NCBI GenBank assembly: GCA_002348095.1
Contig: DDYT01000065.1
Location: forward strand, 91,526 to 155,525
DNA: 64,000 bases
Direction of reading: 5' to 3'
Source of the DNA: Erysipelotrichaceae bacterium UBA2227
GTDB lineage: Bacteria > Bacillota_I > Bacilli_A > Erysipelotrichales > Erysipelotrichaceae
The notes under the pieces were generated by a model. That model saw nothing but the letters and a program-made list of their open reading frames with translations. It was not told the origin of the DNA and made no database searches. The first letter of the stretch is position 1, and each line of letters starts with the position of its first letter. This document shows positions 22,068 through 33,831 of this stretch, in pieces. Both the position numbers and the translations under genes were made by a program.

Positions 22068-24509
22068 ATGGAAGATTACAGCGGTCAAAAAATCAGACAA
22101 GTCAATATAACTTCAGAAATGAAGACCTCTTTTCTTGATTATGCTATGTCTGTTATCGTTGCAAGGGCATTGCCGGATGTAAGAGACGGTCTGAAGCCGG
22201 TTCATCGTCGTATTTTATATGCTATGAATGATTTAGGAATGCATAGTGATAAACCATTTAAGAAATCAGCACGTATCGTGGGAGAAGTTATCGGTAAATA
22301 TCATCCGCACGGAGACGTAGCTGTGTATGACACCATGGTGCGTATGGCTCAGGATTTTTCCTATCGTTATATGCTGATTGATGGTCATGGGAACTTCGGT
22401 TCGATTGATGGTGATGGAGCTGCGGCCATGCGATATACGGAAGCCCGTATGTCAAAAATCTCAATGGAGTTGCTTCGAGACATTCAAAAGGATACGATTG
22501 ATTTTATGGATAATTACGATGGCGAAGAAAAGGAACCGGTTGTATTGCCGGCTCATTTCCCTAATTTACTCGTCAATGGAACTACAGGCATTGCTGTCGG
22601 AATGGCCACCAATATACCTCCGCATCATTTAGGGGAAACGATTGATGCAGCTATTGCAATTATGGATGACCCTGACATTTCCGTCGTTGATCTCATGGAG
22701 ATCATCAAAGGGCCTGATTTCCCGACAGGTGCTTATATTTTGGGAAGGTCCGGCATAAAGCAAGCTTATGAAACCGGTCGGGGATCAATCAGCGTACGAG
22801 CAAAGATCGACACAGTTGAAATGGCCAACGGTAAAAAACAGCTGGTTGTTTCTGAAATTCCTTATCAGGTAAATAAAGCGAATTTGGTTGAAAAAATCGC
22901 ACAGTTGGTTCGAGATAAACTTATTGAAGGAATCACTGATCTTCGTGATGAGTCCAATCGGGATGGAATACGAGTCGTGATTGAACTGCGGAGAGATGTA
23001 CAGAGCGAAGTAATTTTGAACCAATTATACCGGATGACCGCCTTACAGACGACATTTGGTGTCAATATGCTGGCTCTGGTGGACAATGCACCGAAACAAT
23101 TGTCAATCAAAGAGGTCTTAAATCACTATATCGACCATCAAGTGGATGTATTGATTCGCAGAACTAACTTTGATTTGAATCGGGCTAAAGACCGTGCACA
23201 TATTTTGGAAGGATTGCGCATCGCTTTGGATTATATTGATGAAGTCATCGCTATCATTCGATCTTCGAAGGACGATTCATCGGCGATGAATGCCCTGATT
23301 GAGCGCTTTGGACTTACCGAAATACAGGCCAGAGCGATTTTAGATATGCGTTTGCGCCGTTTGACAGGATTGGAACGCTCGAAAATCGAAGAAGAGTATT
23401 CGCAGTTGTTATCTGCGATAGCTGATTATGAGGACATTCTTGCTAATCACTGGCGGATCATGGCTATTATCAAAGATGAACTGGTTGAAGTAAAAACGCG
23501 ATTTAAGGATTTGCGTAGAACAGAAATTATTGAAGCGGATTTAGACATGCAAGACGAAGATCTGATTCCCGTTGAGGATGTGGTGATCGCTATGACGCTT
23601 AACGGATACATCAAACGTACAACGATTGATACTTTCCATGTTCAGAATCGAGGCGGGAAAGGTGTTAAGGGAATGGCGACGCATTCTGACGATGTTGTCG
23701 ATCAGTTCATAACGATGTCTACCCATGATTATCTACTGCTATTTACCAATTTCGGTAAGGTTTACCGAATTAAGGGGTATCGAGTCCCACAGGCAAGTCG
23801 AGTCGCAAAAGGGATTCCTGTGGTTAATTTACTGAATTTGGAAAAAGACGAGAAAGTCAAAGCTATGTCAGCGGTCAGTACGGATTCCGACAATGCATAT
23901 TTCGTTTTTGCAACTAAAGAAGGATTGATTAAAAGAGTTGCTGTTTCTGAATTCGAGTCTATCCGTCAAAGCGGCAAAATAGCAATTTCGCTTCGCGAAG
24001 GTGATGAGTTGATTTCTGTCAAGCAGACGACCGGAGATGACGAAATTATTATTGCCGGCGCAAACGGGAAAGCTGTCCGTTTTCATGAAAATGATGTCCG
24101 GCCAATGGGAAGAAACGCTTCCGGTGTACGTGGTTTTAATGTAGATGGTAGCGAAGTCATTGGAATGACCACCGATAAGGAAGGCAGTTATATATTAGCT
24201 GTTACTCAAGGCGGATATGGCAAAAAATCAGATAGAGAAGATTACCGTTTAACTAATCGTGGAGCTAAAGGTGTTAAAACGATCAATATCACTGAGAAAA
24301 ACGGCCCTCTGGTATCGATGAGGGCGGTATATGGAAATGAAGAGTTGTTGATCGTTACGGATGAAGGCACAGTGATCAGGATATCATTAAACAATGTGGG
24401 TACATATGGTCGTAATACTCAAGGGGTCAAGTTGATTCAATTGGGTGAGGGGCACAGCGTTTCTTCAGTTGCGGTCATTCCTACAGATGAAGTTGAAAGT
24501 GTCGAGTAA
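22068..24509 (+). CDS. gyrA: DNA gyrase subunit A
   Basis: [22 protein letters not shown] and GyrA-box QNRGGKG. Confidence 0.98.
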   Translation: MEDYSGQKIRQVNITSEMKTSFLDYAMSVIVARALPDVRDGLKPVHRRILYAMNDLGMHSDKPFKKSARIVGEVIGKYHPHGDVAVYDTMVRMAQDFSYRYMLIDGHGNFGSIDGDGAAAMRYTEARMSKISMELLRDIQKDTIDFMDNYDGEEKEPVVLPAHFPNLLVNGTTGIAVGMATNIPPHHLGETIDAAIAIMDDPDISVVDLMEIIKGPDFPTGAYILGRSGIKQAYETGRGSISVRAKIDTVEMANGKKQLVVSEIPYQVNKANLVEKIAQLVRDKLIEGITDLRDESNRDGIRVVIELRRDVQSEVILNQLYRMTALQTTFGVNMLALVDNAPKQLSIKEVLNHYIDHQVDVLIRRTNFDLNRAKDRAHILEGLRIALDYIDEVIAIIRSSKDDSSAMNALIERFGLTEIQARAILDMRLRRLTGLERSKIEEEYSQLLSAIADYEDILANHWRIMAIIKDELVEVKTRFKDLRRTEIIEADLDMQDEDLIPVEDVVIAMTLNGYIKRTTIDTFHVQNRGGKGVKGMATHSDDVVDQFITMSTHDYLLLFTNFGKVYRIKGYRVPQASRVAKGIPVVNLLNLEKDEKVKAMSAVSTDSDNAYFVFATKEGLIKRVAVSEFESIRQSGKIAISLREGDELISVKQTTGDDEIIIAGANGKAVRFHENDVRPMGRNASGVRGFNVDGSEVIGMTTDKEGSYILAVTQGGYGKKSDREDYRLTNRGAKGVKTINITEKNGPLVSMRAVYGNEELLIVTDEGTVIRISLNNVGTYGRNTQGVKLIQLGEGHSVSSVAVIPTDEVESVE

Positions 24510-24522
24510 TTAGAATTATCAG

Positions 24523-24556
24523 AATGGCGGGTTCAAGTGAGCCCGCCATTGTTTTT
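24523..24556. terminator. Terminator after gyrA, overlapping the stop of the convergent gene
   Basis: AATGGCGGGT/GCCCGCCATT stem followed by GTTTTT. Confidence 0.75.
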
Positions 24557-25387
24557 GTAGTTTTCAGATGTTTTGTTAACATTATACAAAGCAATCGTAA
24601 TCAGTACAATCATACCTCCTATCAGTGAAAGGACACCCGGAATTTCCCCAATTACCAGAAATACCCAGATTGGGTTTAGAATCGGTTCAATCGTTGCAAT
24701 GATGGAACTTTTTACAGCTTTTGTTTTTTTAATGCCTAACGAAAACAGAATATAGGGAATACCAAGTTGAAATGTTCCCATCAAAAGTATTACAATCCAG
24801 TTTGTTTGGTTAAACGTCAGGAAGTTTCTATCGAAAAAGAGAAACGGAACCAGAAAGACGCTAAACAGATTTCCTAATAAGGAAGCATCCATGGGATTAG
24901 CTTTGGGCAGTCTGTTTGCGAAGAAAACACCAGCGAAGCTAACCCCTGACAATAAACCGACAAAATCACCTAACCAATATCCGGTTTGCAGACGATCGAT
25001 AAAAAACAGAGAAATGCCGAAAATTGTTAAAATGACTGCAATCAAATCTTTGCTTGATGGCCGAGTTTTCTCGAAAACCATCGAAAAAATCAATATAAAT
25101 ACGGGCGCGGAGTATTGTAATACGATGGCGTTAGCAGATGTCGTTAATTTATTAGCCAACATAAATAAGGTGGTTGTCAATGTTAATGAGACAGCAGACA
25201 ATACAGTGGATTTCGAGAATGAGATTCGAGTTTTCCCGCGATACAAGAGTATAACAAAAAATGCGATCAAACCCCGGATACATGCGATCGTAAAAGCGTT
25301 CCATGTCAAAACCTTGGCCGCAAGTCCGCCAAAACTCCACATGACAGCAGCAACGAATATTAAGAATGATCCATCTTTTTCTTTCAT
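24533..25387 (-). CDS. EamA/DMT family transporter
   Basis: About 10 transmembrane helices in two repeats; ANAIVLQYSAP and IEPILNPIW. Confidence 0.88.
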   Translation of the reverse strand: MKEKDGSFLIFVAAVMWSFGGLAAKVLTWNAFTIACIRGLIAFFVILLYRGKTRISFSKSTVLSAVSLTLTTTLFMLANKLTTSANAIVLQYSAPVFILIFSMVFEKTRPSSKDLIAVILTIFGISLFFIDRLQTGYWLGDFVGLLSGVSFAGVFFANRLPKANPMDASLLGNLFSVFLVPFLFFDRNFLTFNQTNWIVILLMGTFQLGIPYILFSLGIKKTKAVKSSIIATIEPILNPIWVFLVIGEIPGVLSLIGGMIVLITIALYNVNKTSENYKNNGGLT

Positions 25388-25519
25388 GTGAAGTCTCCCG
25401 GCCGTGGCTTATGCATGCTATTTTACACTATGCGGAAAGAGTTGAACATATATTTTTTCAATATTGTATTGGCTATCTGATTGTGCGAAAATTATGACAG
25501 TGAATTTATGGGTGAGAAA

Positions 25520-26083
25520 ATGTCAAAACTCTATTACAGCCGAATCGAAGATAGAACCACTCTGAACAGCGCACATTTTCATATTCGTTGTCACTTGAGT
25601 GAAATCGAGAGCGTTCTATCAGTGACTGCAAAAGACAATGATTTTGTTCTTTCAGTATTTAAAGATAGTCTCAATGGGAATTATTTTGTATGTGAACGGA
25701 TTGAAAACGGATTAATTTCTGCGTTAAAAAACCGAGTCATAATAATTAACGAGTTTTACTGTTTGGGCATAGTACGAACCCCATTGAATTGGCTGGATGG
25801 TATAATGATGCACAATCTTGGATCACCAGAGCAATCTTCAGTATATGATTTGTACGATTACCTAATGTCGATCAACCAGGCAGGAAAACTGACGATTTAT
25901 TACTATCCCCAAAGGCCTGATACAATCCCGCAAGACGACCAGGATTTGATTGATCGTGCGATTATACAATTCCGTTTGTATGGATCAACGATTTTGAATG
26001 ATTTATTACAGTTTCATCCGCATCTCTTTGAAAGAGTCATAAACGGTATCAAGTCTGAAAACTTCAAGGAGTACAGTATCTAA
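25520..26083 (+). CDS. Hypothetical protein (about 187 aa)
   Basis: Long open frame filling the gap between the DMT gene and the serS promoter; ATG at 25520 after GGTGAG. No family recognised. Confidence 0.6.
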   Translation: MSKLYYSRIEDRTTLNSAHFHIRCHLSEIESVLSVTAKDNDFVLSVFKDSLNGNYFVCERIENGLISALKNRVIIINEFYCLGIVRTPLNWLDGIMMHNLGSPEQSSVYDLYDYLMSINQAGKLTIYYYPQRPDTIPQDDQDLIDRAIIQFRLYGSTILNDLLQFHPHLFERVINGIKSENFKEYSI

Positions 26084-26088
26084 TCATG

Positions 26089-26117
26089 TTGACAACACAA
26101 ACAACCACTATTAGAAT
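26089..26117 (+). promoter_or_regulatory. SigA promoter of the serS leader
   Basis: TTGACA-17 nt-TAGAAT. Confidence 0.82.
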
Positions 26118-26125
26118 ATACCTAT

Positions 26126-27639
<1,514 letters not shown>

Positions 27640-27653
27640 GGTATAATAAACAT

Positions 27654-27732
27654 GCTATCACAACGTTACCTACTGAACCAGGTCAGGGTCGGAAGACAGC
27701 AGCCTTAATGTGGCTCTGACGTGTGTGATAGC
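27654..27732 (+). ncRNA. ffs: Signal recognition particle RNA (small, 4.5S-type)
   Basis: Helix-8 motif TCAGG-GTC-GGAA-GAC-AGCAGC; terminal stem GCTATCAC/GTGATAGC; TATAAT at 27642; U-tract downstream; next to tadA and dnaX. Confidence 0.88.
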
Positions 27733-27755
27733 TTTTATTTTATATAAGGAGATCT

Positions 27756-28214
27756 ATGGACGACAAAAATTATATGGATTTGGCAATAAATGAAGCAAAA
27801 AAGGCGCTTTTAAATAATGAAGTCCCGATTGGGTGTGTCATCATTTTCAATAACGAGGTCATTGCTGCGGATTACAACCGAAAAGAGCAACTCCAAAGTG
27901 CGACAGCTCACGCTGAAATCTTGGCTATTGAACAAGCATGTAAATTACTGAAATCTTGGCGTTTGGACGAATGCACACTGTATGTAACGCTTGAACCTTG
28001 TCCGATGTGTGCAGGCGCTATCTTTCAATCGCGAATTAAGAGGGTGGTTTTTGGTGCTTTTGATCCAAAAGGAGGTGCTTACGGCTCAAATTTTGATATA
28101 AATGCCGTACCTCGTTTGAATCACTATCCATTGGTTACAAGCGGGGTTAGAAAAGAACAATGCAGTGAGTTGCTGTTGGACTTTTTTAAAGAGAAAAGAC
28201 AAAAAAACTGGTGA
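27756..28214 (+). CDS. tadA: tRNA adenosine(34) deaminase
   Basis: EVPIG, TAHAEI and YVTLEPCPMCAGA. Confidence 0.93.
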   Translation: MDDKNYMDLAINEAKKALLNNEVPIGCVIIFNNEVIAADYNRKEQLQSATAHAEILAIEQACKLLKSWRLDECTLYVTLEPCPMCAGAIFQSRIKRVVFGAFDPKGGAYGSNFDINAVPRLNHYPLVTSGVRKEQCSELLLDFFKEKRQKNW

Positions 28215-28315
28215 AAACTCAAGAGGATATACTGCCTCTTTTCTTTATATGTAATATAAAAGGCTAAGGTTATGGTATAATAAATAAGACAACATTTATA
28301 GGTAAAGGAGTCTTT

Positions 28316-28780
28316 ATGGAAGTAATTTCAGTAAGAAATCATCCTGAAACAGCGGATTCCGCGATAAAATACATACAGTCTAAATGGGCCAGCGAACATA
28401 GCATGCCTGTATATCAAGACTGCATTATGCATTCGTTAAACACAAGCTCACCGCTTCCTCAATGGTACTTGCTAAAAGATCAATCAGGAATCATTGGTTG
28501 TGCAGGTTTAGTAACAAATGATTTCATCAGTCGCATGGATTTGTATCCATGGATTTGTGCGCTTTACATCGAAAAAACACATCGCGGTAAAAATCTAGGT
28601 AAGCAATTGATTGATGCTGCTGTCTTTGATGCCAAAGCAGGAGGGTTTCCGTATTGTTATTTATGCACCGATCATCAAGGCTATTATGAAAAATTCGGAT
28701 TCGAGGAAATCGGAATAGGCTATCATCCGTGGGGGGAGACATCGAAAATTTATCGGATATCGACGGATATCGAATACTGA
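28316..28780 (+). CDS. GNAT family N-acetyltransferase
   Basis: ALYIEKTHRGKNLGKQLI acetyl-CoA motif and YYEKFGF. Confidence 0.88.
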   Translation: MEVISVRNHPETADSAIKYIQSKWASEHSMPVYQDCIMHSLNTSSPLPQWYLLKDQSGIIGCAGLVTNDFISRMDLYPWICALYIEKTHRGKNLGKQLIDAAVFDAKAGGFPYCYLCTDHQGYYEKFGFEEIGIGYHPWGETSKIYRISTDIEY

Positions 28781-28850
28781 TGAAAGATATTGAATTTGAT
28801 GTTTGTGCGAATCCCTGATTTGGTATAATAACAAGGAAAGAAGGTTCATT

Positions 28851-30635
28851 ATGGCATATAAGGCATTATATCGTACATATCGACCGACATCTTTCGAGAA
28901 GGTCGTTGGTCAGCAACATATTGTAAAAACTCTGCAAAATGCAGTTTTAAAGCATAAAATTGCTCATGCTTATCTTTTTTGCGGCCCTAGAGGGACAGGG
29001 AAGACGACTGTAGCGAAGTTAATGGCGAAAGCTGTCAACTGCCCGGATACAGAGAAAGCCCCTTGCAATGTGTGTGACAGCTGCCTGTCGATACAGGCAG
29101 GTACGCACCCGGATATAATTGAAATCGATGCTGCCAGTAATAATGGCGTTGACGAGATCCGTGATCTGATAGAAAAGGTCAAATATTCTCCGATTGAGGG
29201 GAAATACAAAGTATACATCATCGATGAGGTACATATGCTCTCCCAGGGAGCTTTTAATGCTCTTCTGAAAACACTGGAAGAACCCCCGGCCCATGTCATA
29301 TTTATTTTGGCTACAACAGAGCCTCACAAAGTAATTCCGACGATTATCAGCCGTTGCCAACGATTTGATTTTACGAAGGTTGCTCAGTCTGAAATTGGTG
29401 CCCGGGTTCGTGAAGTGTTGGATTTGGAAAAAATTAAGTATGAAGACGGTGTAATTCGCTTGATCAGCCAACTTGCAGAAGGTGGTTTAAGAGATGCGTT
29501 GAGCATCTTGGAACAATGTATAGCATATGCCCAAAATGATTTGCGCGTTCAACATGTACATGATATCTACGGCATTACAACCGTTAGTGAAAAAATTGAT
29601 CTTCTTGATGCGGTGTTTTCAAAAAATGTCGTCGCAATACTGGATAATGTCCGTTTCATCAGCGAAAAAAGTTTCGATATCAAACGGTTGACATCGGATA
29701 TGATTGATTTGCTTAAGGAATGCATCGTCTATCAGTACACAAGAGATGAGTCGCTGTTGCAAATTGCAACGTTAGACGAGGTTAAACACATACTTTCTAA
29801 AAAAAATGCGGATCATCTTCTGAAAATGATCGATATTTTCATCGAAACCATGGATAAATATCGAAATGCTTCGAATATCCACTCGTATTTTGAGGTTGCT
29901 TTGCTCAAGACGATGGCTATGGGGAATGAACCGGCTGTCATGGAGATTCAAAAGCCGACGATTGCACCAGTGGTAAAGACAACAGATAAGGAACTAACAA
30001 TAGTAAAAGACCATGAAGCAGTAGAACAGACTGACGAAAAAGCGGAAAAAACCGTTGAATCCGATCCGGATTTGAAATCTAATCAGGACGAGATGCATCT
30101 TCAACCGGACATCAAAGAAAAACCTATTCAAAAAGTCGAAGAAGATGAACTGTTGCTTAGCGATTTCGATATCGTTCGTTTCATGGTGGCCGGTGATAAA
30201 GCAAAAAGGACCAATGAAGCTCCCTTATGGAATCGGTTAGACGAATACATCAATGAGATCGAATGGGCAAAGGTCGCAAGAATGATTGCTGACGGCAATG
30301 TGCTGGTGACCAATGACCAGTTTGTGGTCGTATCAATTCCTTATGAAGAAGTCGTAAAAGAAGTCAATTCTAAGTCGAATGAAATTGCTTTGCGAAAATT
30401 AATGATTGAAATCGTAAAACAACCGCGAAAAGTTTTTGCCATCACCAAAGATCAAGAAGAGCGATCAATTGCTCTTTTCAGAGAGCTGTGGAGTTCGGGA
30501 AAACTGCCGGAACCTATGGTCATTCAACTGCAACCGCTTCAGAAAGCAAATAAAACGGAAGAGAGTGTCTCTGTTGATCAGCGACTTGTCAGTTTGTTTG
30601 GTGAAGGCAATGTAGACTTCATCCATGAGGATTAA
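28851..30635 (+). CDS. dnaX: DNA polymerase III subunit gamma/tau
   Basis: ALYRTYRP, GPRGTGKTT, EIDAASN, DEVHML and SRCQ. Start at ATG 28851. Confidence 0.96.
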   Translation: MAYKALYRTYRPTSFEKVVGQQHIVKTLQNAVLKHKIAHAYLFCGPRGTGKTTVAKLMAKAVNCPDTEKAPCNVCDSCLSIQAGTHPDIIEIDAASNNGVDEIRDLIEKVKYSPIEGKYKVYIIDEVHMLSQGAFNALLKTLEEPPAHVIFILATTEPHKVIPTIISRCQRFDFTKVAQSEIGARVREVLDLEKIKYEDGVIRLISQLAEGGLRDALSILEQCIAYAQNDLRVQHVHDIYGITTVSEKIDLLDAVFSKNVVAILDNVRFISEKSFDIKRLTSDMIDLLKECIVYQYTRDESLLQIATLDEVKHILSKKNADHLLKMIDIFIETMDKYRNASNIHSYFEVALLKTMAMGNEPAVMEIQKPTIAPVVKTTDKELTIVKDHEAVEQTDEKAEKTVESDPDLKSNQDEMHLQPDIKEKPIQKVEEDELLLSDFDIVRFMVAGDKAKRTNEAPLWNRLDEYINEIEWAKVARMIADGNVLVTNDQFVVVSIPYEEVVKEVNSKSNEIALRKLMIEIVKQPRKVFAITKDQEERSIALFRELWSSGKLPEPMVIQLQPLQKANKTEESVSVDQRLVSLFGEGNVDFIHED

Positions 30636-30637
30636 AT

Positions 30638-31228
30638 ATGTATCCGAAAATACTGATTCAGCTGATTGAAGAACTAAGGAAACTGCCTGGGGTCGGCGCA
30701 AAGACTGCTGAACGCTATGCTTTTGAGATTATACATAGAGATCATCAGGATATTGAAGCATTTGCGAAGGTTTTGCTTGATGTGAAAACCAAATTAAAAA
30801 CATGTGTCGTGTGCGGCAATATTACAGAAGAACCAGTTTGCGGTATATGTAAGGATAAAAGTCGTGATCAGTCCGTAATATGCGTGGTAAGTCATCCGAA
30901 AGACATCATTGCTATGGAAAAGACGAGGGAGTTTCACGGGGTCTATCATGTGTTGAATGGCGTAATTTCGACATTTAAGGGGATTTTACCGGAGGACATC
31001 AATGTTGAGTCACTGATCCAGCGGGTTGACGGGAGCGTTAATGAGGTAATCATTGCGACGGATCCTACAATTGAAGGGGAAACAACAGCTTTGTATATCG
31101 CTAAGAAACTTCAGATTAAGGAAGCAAATGTCACGAGACTGGCATCCGGGTTACCGATAGGCGGTCATTTGGATTATGCAGACGAGATGACATTGATAAA
31201 AGCTATGGAAGGCCGAAAGAAAATATAG
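30638..31228 (+). CDS. recR: Recombination mediator RecR
   Basis: LPGVGAKTAER helix-hairpin-helix, C4 Zn finger, YHVLNG and EGETTA. Confidence 0.96.
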   Translation: MYPKILIQLIEELRKLPGVGAKTAERYAFEIIHRDHQDIEAFAKVLLDVKTKLKTCVVCGNITEEPVCGICKDKSRDQSVICVVSHPKDIIAMEKTREFHGVYHVLNGVISTFKGILPEDINVESLIQRVDGSVNEVIIATDPTIEGETTALYIAKKLQIKEANVTRLASGLPIGGHLDYADEMTLIKAMEGRKKI

Positions 31229-31236
31229 GAGGAGCC

Positions 31237-32901
31237 ATGAAAACAGATATCCAGATTGCTCAAGAAAATGTGATGGAACCGATCGAGAGGATTGCAAGGA
31301 AGGCAAAGATTGACAGTGAGTATTTAGAACACTATGGCAAGTATAAGGCCAAAGTTGATCTGAAGATCATGGAATCACTGACGAATCAAAGAGATGGCAA
31401 ACTCATTTTGGTCACCTCAATCAATCCGACGAAAGCCGGAGAGGGAAAATCAACGACGACCGTCGGATTAGCCGATGGACTTGCCAGACTGAATAAAATG
31501 GTTGTCGGGGCACTGCGAGAGCCTTCACTGGGGCCGGTCTTTGGTGTTAAAGGAGGTGCGACCGGTGGCGGAATGTCGCAGGTAGTGCCTATGGAAGATA
31601 TTAATCTTCACTTTAATGGAGATATGCATGCGGTTACGACAGCAAATAATCTGATTAGCGCAGCCATCGATAATCACATTTATCATGGGAATCTTTTGAA
31701 TATTGATACAGACCATATCGTTTGGAAACGGTGTATGGATATGAATGATCGTGCACTGCGTCAGGTTAGGGTCGCGCTAGGTGATAAAAACGGCGTTGAA
31801 CGCAAAGACGGATTTAATATTACCGTGGCTTCTGAGATTATGGCGATTCTATGTCTCTCTGCTTCATTGAATGATTTTCAGCAGCGTATTGAACGCTGTG
31901 TAGTTGCCTATAATAAAGAAAATAAGCCGATCACGGTCAAAGACTTGAGTGTCGGTGGCGCAGTAGCCATGATCATGAAAGAAGCTATTAAGCCCAATCT
32001 TGTTCAAACTCTGGAAAAAACACCGATCCTTATACATGGGGGACCGTTTGCCAATATTGCTCATGGATGCAACTCGATTTTAGCGACAAAAATGGCACTA
32101 AAACTTGCTGATTATGTAGTTACGGAGTCGGGTTTTGGCGTCGATTTGGGTGCAGAAAAATTTATGGATATCAAGTGTCAAGTTGCGAAAATAGTTCCGA
32201 ATGCTGTAGTTGTCGTTGCGACCGTCCGAGCATTGAAACTTCATGGCGGAATGCCGTATGAATCGCTAAAAGAAGAAAGCATTGAAAATCTCGCAAATGG
32301 TGTTGAGAATCTGGCTAAACATTTGGAAACAATCAGAAAATTCCGTGTTCCTTACGTAGTTGCTATCAATCGGTTTGTCAGTGATACGCAAGATGAGCTG
32401 GAGTGGCTGATGAACTGGTGTGAAACCCATGGACATGATGCCGTTATCAATGAATCTTGGGGGAAGGGCAGTGCCGGAGCTGAGGATTTAGCAAAAGCAG
32501 TAATCCTTGCCTGTGAACAGGAAAGCCATTTCAAACCGTTAGTTACGGAAGCAGACAGTGTTGAAGAGAAAATCGAGAGGATTTGCCGCGAAGTGTACGG
32601 AGCAAACGGCGTAATCTATTCCGAACGAGCAAAAGAACAATTGTCTCAACTGACCAATAACGGATGGAGTCATATTTCGGTGTGCATGGCGAAAAACCAG
32701 TACTCACTTACGGATGATCAGAAAAAACTGGGGCGTCCTCGTGACTTCCAGATACACATTTCAGAGTTGAGAATCAGTGCAGGGGCAGGATTTGTCGTTG
32801 CATTAACAGGAAGCGTTATGACTATGCCGGGATTACCCAAAGTGCCGGCTGCAAACCATATGGGAATTGATGAGAAGGGGAATATCTACGGATTATTCTA
32901 G
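31237..32901 (+). CDS. fhs: Formate--tetrahydrofolate ligase
   Basis: PTKAGEGKST, LREPSLGP, KGGATGGG and HGGPFANIAHG. Confidence 0.97.
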   Translation: MKTDIQIAQENVMEPIERIARKAKIDSEYLEHYGKYKAKVDLKIMESLTNQRDGKLILVTSINPTKAGEGKSTTTVGLADGLARLNKMVVGALREPSLGPVFGVKGGATGGGMSQVVPMEDINLHFNGDMHAVTTANNLISAAIDNHIYHGNLLNIDTDHIVWKRCMDMNDRALRQVRVALGDKNGVERKDGFNITVASEIMAILCLSASLNDFQQRIERCVVAYNKENKPITVKDLSVGGAVAMIMKEAIKPNLVQTLEKTPILIHGGPFANIAHGCNSILATKMALKLADYVVTESGFGVDLGAEKFMDIKCQVAKIVPNAVVVVATVRALKLHGGMPYESLKEESIENLANGVENLAKHLETIRKFRVPYVVAINRFVSDTQDELEWLMNWCETHGHDAVINESWGKGSAGAEDLAKAVILACEQESHFKPLVTEADSVEEKIERICREVYGANGVIYSERAKEQLSQLTNNGWSHISVCMAKNQYSLTDDQKKLGRPRDFQIHISELRISAGAGFVVALTGSVMTMPGLPKVPAANHMGIDEKGNIYGLF

Positions 32902-32911
32902 CGGGTAAACC

Positions 32912-33829
32912 ATGGCTTCGATTGCTTACGTTACTGACAGGAAAATGATTGAGTTTCATCGTGCTTACGGAAATCAAATGATGAATTTTTGGCGTCCGAG
33001 CAGTGTGAAGCAATTTTCTCAGTTCAACCCGGGTGATTATTTGTTTTTTCTAGCCAAGGGAACAGAACGGTTTAGCGGGAAAGAAAAGGGCATTGTCGGT
33101 TATGGAAAGTATCACAGCGCACAAACGATGTCACTAAGACAAATGTGGAATCAGTTTGGGACATATAACGGATACAGCAATAAGGATGAACTTGCAGAAG
33201 CAATTGCAAAAGTAAATAAGAATCACGAAGTCGGGAAAAGTATACATTGTTTATTATTGAAAGATGTCGTTTTTTTCCAAGCACCGGTGTATCCGAGTGA
33301 AATAGGTATCCAAATCCCAAGCAATTTGGAGAGTTATATTTACCTAGATAAATTTGGGGTCGACTCGACTGTCAAAATATTACAAAAGGCTCAAAAAACC
33401 GGTATAGACGCCTGGCAGTCCGCGATGGATCAAACTATCAACAAAGATATATTTCGGGAGGATGTAGTTAATCATATCTTGGCAAAGAAAATCTCTCAAG
33501 TTGCTGATCCGGCTAGACCTGCATCGAGAATATTAAAGAAGTTTGTGGCGAATCAGTCAGATTCAGTCGAATACATCAAAGGCAGTAAGCAGGCACTACT
33601 CAGACAGTTGCCGCTGACAATTTATCTTCCGTTGGAAGTTTCCGGGAAAAATAAGGATCATGCGCTCTTTGAACTGATTGGGAAAATCAGTGTTTTAAGA
33701 GAAAGTATGAAGAAGGAGTCTGAGTTTGACGGTGCTGATGTCCGCTACTGCGTTATTTCGGAAGGGAAACTGTCGTCAGAGTGGATGGAAAGACTTCAAC
33801 ATCAAAACATTCAAGTAATCGAGGGGTAA
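32912..33829 (+). CDS. Hypothetical protein with a PUA/EVE-like N-terminal domain
   Basis: 305-aa ORF packed into the operon; VTD...NFWRPS...F..FNPGDYLFF...GIVGYG pattern. The domain call is inference. Confidence 0.6.
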   Translation: MASIAYVTDRKMIEFHRAYGNQMMNFWRPSSVKQFSQFNPGDYLFFLAKGTERFSGKEKGIVGYGKYHSAQTMSLRQMWNQFGTYNGYSNKDELAEAIAKVNKNHEVGKSIHCLLLKDVVFFQAPVYPSEIGIQIPSNLESYIYLDKFGVDSTVKILQKAQKTGIDAWQSAMDQTINKDIFREDVVNHILAKKISQVADPARPASRILKKFVANQSDSVEYIKGSKQALLRQLPLTIYLPLEVSGKNKDHALFELIGKISVLRESMKKESEFDGADVRYCVISEGKLSSEWMERLQHQNIQVIEG

Positions 33830-33831
33830 CT

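Noticed and set aside
27640..27755. tRNA-Ser expected after serS, as in Bacillus
   Set aside because: No cloverleaf or TTCGA T-loop is present; the structured element here is the SRP RNA.
29664..29807. Possible dnaX frameshift or slippage sites (AAAAAAG at 29665; A8 run at 29799)
   Set aside because: The first is not in the A-AAA-AAG reading phase. The A8 run is at about codon 317, too early to give a complete gamma subunit, and I saw no stimulatory hairpin.
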